Below are positions 57,863 through 64,000 of a DNA stretch of 64,000 nt, piece after piece. Under the pieces are notes generated by a model. It saw only the letters and a list, made by a program, of their open reading frames with translations, did not search any database and had not been told where the DNA came from. The position numbers were made by a program, and so were the translations under genes. The stretch is from an uncultured delta proteobacterium (lineage in GTDB: Bacteria > Desulfobacterota > Desulfuromonadia > Desulfuromonadales > BM103): positions 64,001-128,000 of the forward strand of contig CAVQRZ010000006.1 in NCBI GenBank assembly GCA_963715335.1, in the 5' to 3' direction. Each line of letters begins with the position of its first letter. The first letter of the stretch is position 1.

Positions 57863-58227
57863 CCCCTGACCCTCCAATTGGCTAGCTATCGCTCGCATTT
57901 TTGCCCACTATCCATCCAAGGTATACGGTTGGTCACGATTGACCAGAAACCGTTTTTCATAACCACGAGGGAAGACGCCCCACAGCACGCTTCAACTCTC
58001 CAAACAGCATCAACACGTTCGTAGAGCACTGTTTTGCCTACGACAGCCTGTTTCAAGGGAGTTGCAATGGCCGCTTCCTCAAGAATCGGCCGGGAGCCAC
58101 TACGTCAGGAAAAATTTCGCTGGCAGGCCGGAAGACAATGTTTTCTGATGACAGCCCCCATAATCGCCCCGTTCAACCTCGACGACTATATGCAAAAAAC
58201 GTGCAAAGTTCCGGCTATTGAGAGATT

Positions 58228-58956
58228 TTATTCATCCAGAGCTGCCTGCATTTCCTGCAGGATCATACCGGCCGCCAAGGCAGGATCCGCCGCCGCAGAG
58301 ATTGGCCGTCCGACCACCAGGTAATCGGCCCCTGAGCGCAGGGCCTCTCCGGGGGTCGTCACGCGCTTCTGATCATCCTTCGCGGCGAACGTCGGCCGGA
58401 CACCGGGCGTAACGATCAGGAAGTCCTCACCGCAAACATCACGGATCAGGGCCACTTCTTGCGGCGATGCGACCACGCCGTCCATGCCGGCATCTTTGGC
58501 CAGCCTGGCAAGCTTGGGCACCATGACCTGTACGGGCCGATCGATGCCGACGCCGCGCAGGGTCTCTTCATTCGACGAAGTGAGAATCGTCACCGCCAGC
58601 AGGATCGGTCGGTTCGGGTTGCCGCGCGGACACTCCTTGTCGATTTCAGCCACCAGCTTCGCCATCATTTCAAAGCCGCCCAGGGCATGAACGTTGAACA
58701 TCCTGACCCCAAGCCGCAGAGCCTCGAGACCGGCCATGGCCACGGTATTCGGGATATCGTGGTATTTCAGGTCGAGGAACACATCACTGCCGCCAGCCTG
58801 GACCAGGCGGACAACCTCGGGGCCACACCGGGTAAAGAGCTGCTTGCCGATTTTGAATACCCCGACCTGTTCCTGCAGTTTTTCAACCCATTTGCGGGCA
58901 TCTTCCAGGCTGTCGACATCAAGGGCGAAGATCAGCTTTTGTTTGGCACTATTCAT
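58228..58956 (-). CDS. pyrF: Orotidine-5'-phosphate decarboxylase
   Basis: FALD, FLDLKYHDIPNTV, VTPGVR, VVGRPI. Confidence 0.98.
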   Translation of the reverse strand: MNSAKQKLIFALDVDSLEDARKWVEKLQEQVGVFKIGKQLFTRCGPEVVRLVQAGGSDVFLDLKYHDIPNTVAMAGLEALRLGVRMFNVHALGGFEMMAKLVAEIDKECPRGNPNRPILLAVTILTSSNEETLRGVGIDRPVQVMVPKLARLAKDAGMDGVVASPQEVALIRDVCGEDFLIVTPGVRPTFAAKDDQKRVTTPGEALRSGADYLVVGRPISAAADPALAAGMILQEMQAALDE

Positions 58957-60181
58957 CACGGTTTCCTATCAGGTCCCGGACGCGCTGCGAGACGTCCTGG
59001 ACGCGCTTGATCAATTCGGCAGAGTCTACGGCGCCAAGCTCACGGCGCGCGGCGATGCATTCCATGTAGACCAGTTCGCTGAGGGACTCGGAGAGCAGGC
59101 GCAGTTTGTCACCTTCCTCGAGGCCAGCCAGGTTGGCAAGGATACGGCCGCCATCTATCGAGCCGTCTTCCTTCAGTGCGGTTTGTCTGAACACGTATGA
59201 GAACGGTTGCGGCAGGTCGCGCAGGAATCGCGAAATTTCCTCACGGAACCGGGGGTTTTTGGCCGAGACCACGCCGTGCATGGCCACCAGGACACCGTTG
59301 AAGATCTTGACCACTTCACCGAGGACCCCCTCGACGGCGACGGTCGGGGCCTCCTCCATCTTCACTACGCCGCGTTCAACCAGCTGGCTGAGCAACCTCA
59401 GAGCATCGAATTCACCGGACCCCGAACGGCGCAACAGCTCGCTGACATCGCTGACCCCCGACTGGGCCAGGGCGACCATTCTCTGAGATATGCTGTCAAG
59501 ATCGTTGGGGACCTTGCCAGTGGCCACCGGCATAGCGTCAAGCGACTTGATCTTCTGAATGTACAAGGCCCGCTCATCAACCCGTCTCAACCCCTCCATG
59601 ATCAGGTTCTGGGTGGTCATGGAAAGCCTGACGACCTTGTTTTCATCCGGCTTGACATTGGTGTACAGATAGGAGCCATCATGAAAGGCAAACAGGTTGT
59701 AGGTGATCGTCTCCACCTGGTTTTTGGTCGCGGCCCAGAGGTCCTGGGAAGTGATGATCCCCTGGTCGACCAGGATCTTGCCCAGCGGGATTTCGCCGTT
59801 GGCAAACTGGCGGGCGCCCTGCAGGATTTCCCGGTCGAATTTGCCGAGGCCGTAAAGGATTTCGCCGATCTCCTCTTCCGGAAAGGTGCTTGTTGCGTAG
59901 ACGATCTCACCTTTCTGGAAATAAAGGCCCTTGCTGCCCCCTGACAGATCGAACTGTAACAGCCCTGACTTGCGGAACATGTTGAAAAACGAGAGCAGGT
60001 CGACAATGCCGACTTCCCCGACCAGGCCGGTCATCAGTACCTTGTCGGCACTTGCCGCAGATTCCAGCAACAGGTGCTGTTCGGAACAGGAGGACAGCCT
60101 CAACGGCTGGTCACCCAGTGATTTCAAAACAGTCGACGGCAGCAGCAGCTTGCCGCCCTTTTCGATCCTTATCTCGCTCAC
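58949..60181 (-). CDS. DUF4388 (PATAN-like) domain protein
   Basis: MTGLVGEVGIVDLLSFF...KSGLL...LYFQKGEIVYA...LGKILVDQG...NLIMEGLRRVDE. GTG start at 60181, just after the proS stop. Confidence 0.75.
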   Translation of the reverse strand: MSEIRIEKGGKLLLPSTVLKSLGDQPLRLSSCSEQHLLLESAASADKVLMTGLVGEVGIVDLLSFFNMFRKSGLLQFDLSGGSKGLYFQKGEIVYATSTFPEEEIGEILYGLGKFDREILQGARQFANGEIPLGKILVDQGIITSQDLWAATKNQVETITYNLFAFHDGSYLYTNVKPDENKVVRLSMTTQNLIMEGLRRVDERALYIQKIKSLDAMPVATGKVPNDLDSISQRMVALAQSGVSDVSELLRRSGSGEFDALRLLSQLVERGVVKMEEAPTVAVEGVLGEVVKIFNGVLVAMHGVVSAKNPRFREEISRFLRDLPQPFSYVFRQTALKEDGSIDGGRILANLAGLEEGDKLRLLSESLSELVYMECIAARRELGAVDSAELIKRVQDVSQRVRDLIGNRDE

Positions 60182-60185
60182 CGCC

Positions 60186-61913
60186 CTACGCCCCCATTGA
60201 AGCGGACAAGGCGGCACGCACCTGGGCAACGATCGTTTCTGCGGCACCATCGACCGGCAGCATGGAGTTTTCGCCAGAGCGTCGATCTTGCAGTTCGAAA
60301 GACTGCTCTTTCAACCCACGGGCGCCGACCGTCACACGCAGCGGGATGCCAAGCAGTTCGGCATCCTTGAATTTGCTCCCCGGACGTTCATCGCGATCGT
60401 CGAGCAGAACCTCCAGGCCTTCGGCAAGCAGCTGTCCATACAGTGTTTCCCCGGCACCGAGGACTGTCTCATCATTCGGGTTGAGCAGGGTCACGATCAC
60501 CTGGAACGGCGCCAGCGGCATCGGCCAGACAATGCCGTTCTCGTCGTGGTTCTGCTCTATCGCTGCCGCCGCAGTCCGGCCGATACCGATGCCGTAGCAA
60601 CCCATGACCAGCGTTCGTTCCTTGCCCTGACCATCAAGGACCGTGGCATGCATTGCATCCGAGTACTTGGTGCCGAGTTTGAAGACATGGCCGACTTCGA
60701 TGCCGCGCCAAGCCTCCAGCCGACCGTTACAGCGCGGACAGGGGTCGCCGGCCTGAGCCTCGCGCAGGTCGACAAAAGCTTCAACCTGGAAATCCCGACC
60801 GTGGTTGGCGCCGGTCAGGTGGAAATTCTCCTCATTGGCGCCAAGGCCGAAGTCACTCAATATCGCCAGGGCCTGATCGGCCAGGACACGGCAGGTCAAA
60901 CCGATCGGTCCGGAGAAACCGGTCGGGGCACCGGTCAGCTTCCTGACCAGTGCTTCGTCGGCCATCTGCAGGTGGTTGCAGCCGAGGAAGTTGCACAGTT
61001 TGACCTCATTGAGCTTGTGATCCCCGCGCATCAGCACGGCGATGTTCTCTTCACGCTCGTTCTGCAGCATCAGGGTCTTGACCATCTTCTGCGGATTTTC
61101 ATTCAGGAACGCGGCGACATCTTCAATGCTTTTCAGATTTGGGGTCGCGACCTTGCCCAGCTCCATGGCCGGGGCCGGGGCTTTCCCGACCGGGGCACGC
61201 AGTTCGGCCTTTTCGACATTGGCCGCGTAGTCACAGCTATTGCAGGAGACAATGGCGTCCTCGCCGGTTTCGGCAAGGACCATGAATTCATGGGAAAAGC
61301 TGCCGCCGATCGCTCCGGAGTCCGCCTCAACAGCGCGAAATTCGAGGCCGCAGCGCATAAATATGCGCCGATAGGCGTCATACATTTTTTTGTACGAAAT
61401 ATCCGCGCCGGCGTCATCGATATCGAAAGAATAGGCGTCTTTCATGATGAATTCCCGGCCGCGCATCAGGCCGAAGCGTGGGCGGATCTCGTCACGGAAC
61501 TTGGTCTGGATCTGGTAGAGGTTCAGCGGCAGCTGGCGATAGGAGTTCACCGTGCCACGGACGATTTCCGTCACGACTTCTTCGTGGGTGGGACCGATAC
61601 AGAAATCGGTCTCCTTGCGGTCCTTGAAACGCAGCAACTCCTTGCCGTACTGCTGCCAGCGTCCTGATTGTTGCCACAAGTCAGCAGGGTTGACTGCAGG
61701 CATCAGCAATTCAATGGCGCCGGCGCGATTCATCTCTTCGCGAACGATATTCTCGACCTTGCGGATCACCCGCAAGCCGAAAGGCAGGTAGTCATAAATA
61801 CCGGCCGCCACCTTGCGGATCATACCGGCCCGGGCCATTAACTGGTGGCTGACGACTTCAGCATCACCGGGAGTTTCTTTCAACGTCGGTAAAAAGTACT
61901 GGGAATAACGCAT
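60186..61913 (-). CDS. proS: Proline--tRNA ligase (with INS editing domain)
   Basis: GPTHEE, KFRDEIRPRFGLMRGREF, GHVFKLG, MGCYGIG. Confidence 0.99.
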   Translation of the reverse strand: MRYSQYFLPTLKETPGDAEVVSHQLMARAGMIRKVAAGIYDYLPFGLRVIRKVENIVREEMNRAGAIELLMPAVNPADLWQQSGRWQQYGKELLRFKDRKETDFCIGPTHEEVVTEIVRGTVNSYRQLPLNLYQIQTKFRDEIRPRFGLMRGREFIMKDAYSFDIDDAGADISYKKMYDAYRRIFMRCGLEFRAVEADSGAIGGSFSHEFMVLAETGEDAIVSCNSCDYAANVEKAELRAPVGKAPAPAMELGKVATPNLKSIEDVAAFLNENPQKMVKTLMLQNEREENIAVLMRGDHKLNEVKLCNFLGCNHLQMADEALVRKLTGAPTGFSGPIGLTCRVLADQALAILSDFGLGANEENFHLTGANHGRDFQVEAFVDLREAQAGDPCPRCNGRLEAWRGIEVGHVFKLGTKYSDAMHATVLDGQGKERTLVMGCYGIGIGRTAAAAIEQNHDENGIVWPMPLAPFQVIVTLLNPNDETVLGAGETLYGQLLAEGLEVLLDDRDERPGSKFKDAELLGIPLRVTVGARGLKEQSFELQDRRSGENSMLPVDGAAETIVAQVRAALSASMGA

Positions 61914-62013
61914 CGGTCAACCTCTGAATAAGAGAATAACCCTCTCACAGTTGATTAGAGAAGGCCTCTGAAATTAGCCTATTTCGAGGGGGATTGCAAG
62001 TTGTGATGCAGGC

Positions 62014-63078
62014 TCAGGGCTTACGGTCTTCGGCCAGGGACAAGGCTTCTTCGACGAGGGCATCGGCAAGTTCGGCCTGCGGCACCTTGCGCACCACTTG
62101 ACCTTTGCGAAACAGCAGGCCCTGGCCCTTGCCACCGGCGATACCGAGGTCCGCTTCGCGCGCTTCACCGGGGCCGTTGACCCCGCAACCCATAACCGCG
62201 ATCGTTATGCGCATCGGCAAGCTGTGCAATCGCCGCTCGACTTCTTCGGCAATCTCGATCAGATCGATTTCGCAACGACCGCAGGTCGGGCAACTGATAA
62301 ACACCGGGCCGCGTTCGCGCAGTTCGAGACTTTTCAAAATCTCCCAACCGACCCGTACCTCTTCGACGGGATCCCCTGTGAGTGAGATCCGTAGCGTGTC
62401 GCCGATTCCGTCGTAGAGCAGGGCGCCGAGGCCCACGGCGCTTTTGATCGTGCCGCTCCAGGTCGTCCCGGCCTCGGTGATCCCGATATGCATCGGATAA
62501 TCGACCTGCTCGGCGAGCAGACGGTAGGCAGCAACGGTGCGCTGCACATCAGAGGCCTTGAGGCTGACCTTGATCTCGCGATAACCCAGCTCTTCCAGGA
62601 TACGGATATGGGAGAGCGCGCTGGCCACCATCGCTTCAGCGGTCGGGTGGCCGTACTCTTCCAGCAATTCCTTTTCCAGCGATCCGGCATTTACCCCGAT
62701 ACGGATCGGCACAGCGCGCTCGGCGCAGGCCTTGACGACCTCTTCGACCTTCCAGCGTGCACCGATATTGCCGGGGTTGAGCCGCAAGCCAGCGACCCCT
62801 GCCTCCAGCGACATCAGTGCCAGACGGTAATCGAAATGAATGTCGGCAATCATCGGCAACGGGCTCTGGGCGCAGATCGCCTTCAAGGCTTGCGCTGCCG
62901 CCTGATCGGGAACGGCACAGCGCACGATTTCGCAACCGGCTTGAGCAAGGGCCGCTATTTGCGCACCGGTCGCGGTAATATCACGGGTATCGGTATTGCA
63001 CATCGACTGCACCGAGATCGGCGCGTCACCACCAACCGCCACATTGCCGACCTGGATTTTGCGTGTCCGACGTCTCAA
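62014..63078 (-). CDS. ispG: (E)-4-hydroxy-3-methylbut-2-enyl-diphosphate synthase
   Basis: SVQSM, ADIHF, RLNPGNIG, GVNAGSL, SCPTCGR, VMGC.VNGPGE. Confidence 0.98.
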   Translation of the reverse strand: MRRRTRKIQVGNVAVGGDAPISVQSMCNTDTRDITATGAQIAALAQAGCEIVRCAVPDQAAAQALKAICAQSPLPMIADIHFDYRLALMSLEAGVAGLRLNPGNIGARWKVEEVVKACAERAVPIRIGVNAGSLEKELLEEYGHPTAEAMVASALSHIRILEELGYREIKVSLKASDVQRTVAAYRLLAEQVDYPMHIGITEAGTTWSGTIKSAVGLGALLYDGIGDTLRISLTGDPVEEVRVGWEILKSLELRERGPVFISCPTCGRCEIDLIEIAEEVERRLHSLPMRITIAVMGCGVNGPGEAREADLGIAGGKGQGLLFRKGQVVRKVPQAELADALVEEALSLAEDRKP

Positions 63079-63117
63079 ATGGCCACCCTAAAAGACGAAA
63101 CAAACCCTGGAAAACAA

Positions 63118-63216
63118 TTAACGCAAAGTAAAGCACTGAAAGGCAAAGGAAAGTCGCAAAGCGATCAAAACCTTTTAAAGCTGGTTCTCTTAGCGCCCTT
63201 TGCGTCTTTGCGTTAA
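63118..63216. repeat. GCAAAG-unit inverted repeat element in the ispG leader
   Basis: TTAACGCAAAG...GGCAAAG...CGCAAAG / CTTTGCG-T-CTTTGCGTTAA. Confidence 0.65.
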
Positions 63217-63247
63217 AAAAGAATCCAGTTGCCCATGAAGATTTTCG

Positions 63248-63317
63248 AGTTTACGGACGTATCCGGCTACATGTCAAGCAGAGCCTGCTTGCCAACATAA
63301 AGGTTTCCATATATAGT
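63248..63317. promoter_or_regulatory. Divergent sigma70 promoters for ispG (-) and yedF-selC (+)
   Basis: Minus TTGACA(63277-63272)-N18-TAAACT; plus TTGCCA(63289)-N17-TATAGT. Confidence 0.55.
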
Positions 63318-63345
63318 GTGGCGAAAGTTTAATCTGGGGAGCTAA

Positions 63346-63927
63346 ATGAAAACCATCGACTGCCGCGGCCAGCAATGCCCGCAACCTGTTATCCAGACCC
63401 GCAAAACCATGCTGGCAGAACCTGGCAGCGTGCTGGAAGTTTTGGTTGACGACCAGGTCTGCCAGGACAATGTCTCGCGCCTGGCAACGACCATGGGATA
63501 CCGCATCAGGGCTGAAGAATCAGGGCCAGCGATCCGGCTTGAGCTGAGCCCGGGAGAGAAACTGCAGAGTCACGCCACCGCACCTGCGACCGGACCGAGG
63601 ATTATCTTTATCGGTTCAGACCAGATGGGGTCCGGCGACCCCAAGCTCGGCCAGGTCCTGATGAAAAACTTTATCTTCACCCTGACCGAAGCAGATGTCG
63701 TCCCCGACGCCATTTACTGTGTCAACAGCGGCGTCAGGCTGACGATCGGAGGCTCCGAGGTCCTCGAACCCCTGGAGGAACTTGCCAGTCGCGGTGTCGA
63801 CATCGCATCATGCGGTCTTTGCCTGGAGTATTTTGACGCCAAGGACTCCCTGGTCGTCGGCAGAGTCTCCAACATGCTGGAACTGGTGAACGCCCTGGAA
63901 GGGGCTGGCAGCATCATTCGCTTGTAG
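63346..63927 (+). CDS. yedF: Sulfurtransferase-like selenium metabolism protein YedF (TusA/SirA + DsrE-like domains)
   Basis: IDCRGQQCPQPVI...VLVD...NV; MGSGD..LG..LM..F; N.GV.L; CGLCL.YF...VG.VSNM. Adjacent to tRNA-Sec. Confidence 0.88.
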   Translation: MKTIDCRGQQCPQPVIQTRKTMLAEPGSVLEVLVDDQVCQDNVSRLATTMGYRIRAEESGPAIRLELSPGEKLQSHATAPATGPRIIFIGSDQMGSGDPKLGQVLMKNFIFTLTEADVVPDAIYCVNSGVRLTIGGSEVLEPLEELASRGVDIASCGLCLEYFDAKDSLVVGRVSNMLELVNALEGAGSIIRL

Positions 63928-63934
63928 CTTTTAA

Positions 63935-64000
63935 GGGAGTAGTTCGTAGCCTGGTGGCGCGCTCGGTCTTCAAAACCGATGGGGGGCGTATCCCGTCCCT
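63935..64000 (+). tRNA. selC: tRNA-Sec(TCA), truncated by window end
   Basis: GGGAGTAG acceptor strand, long D stem with TGGT loop, TCGGT-CTTCAAA-ACCGA anticodon arm (UCA), long variable arm GGGGGGCG-TATCC-CGTCCCT. Confidence 0.9.

Noticed and set aside
58191..58208. sigma54-like TTGCACG-N4-TTGCA on the minus strand upstream of the GGDEF gene
   Set aside because: Lacks the invariant GG at -25/-24, so it is at best a degenerate site.

Overview
This window is mostly core chromosome of a GC-rich deltaproteobacterium. Gene content and order suggest Desulfuromonadales (Geobacter/Desulfuromonas/Pelobacter-like); that placement is an inference. Most genes are on the minus strand. In coordinate order: partial folC, accD, and a trp operon (trpE-G-D-C-B2-F-B, then rhlB and a uracil-DNA glycosylase inserted before trpA). 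Next come an FKBP PPIase, a REC-PilZ gene, the alpha/spc/S10/str ribosomal superoperon with rpoBC, the rplKAJL-nusG-secE-rpmG block, two nearly identical tuf copies and five standard tRNAs. After that are a cobalamin-riboswitch-controlled btuBFCD-like operon, a probable PPi-dependent PFK, rlmB, an HD-GYP/GGDEF pair, pyrF, a DUF4388-like gene, proS, ispG, and yedF followed by a tRNA-Sec cut off at the window edge. I found no CRISPR array, prophage, intact transposase or new multi-gene system. The least explained signals are non-coding. (1) Two candidate small RNAs, each with a near-consensus sigma70 promoter and a terminator hairpin whose loop exposes an anti-Shine-Dalgarno CCUCCU motif, reminiscent of 'cuckoo' RNAs. 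(2) A symmetric, nested 618-bp non-coding element with a 4-bp target duplication, inserted at the base of the pfk terminator. (3) An apparent frameshift in the tail of rplQ.
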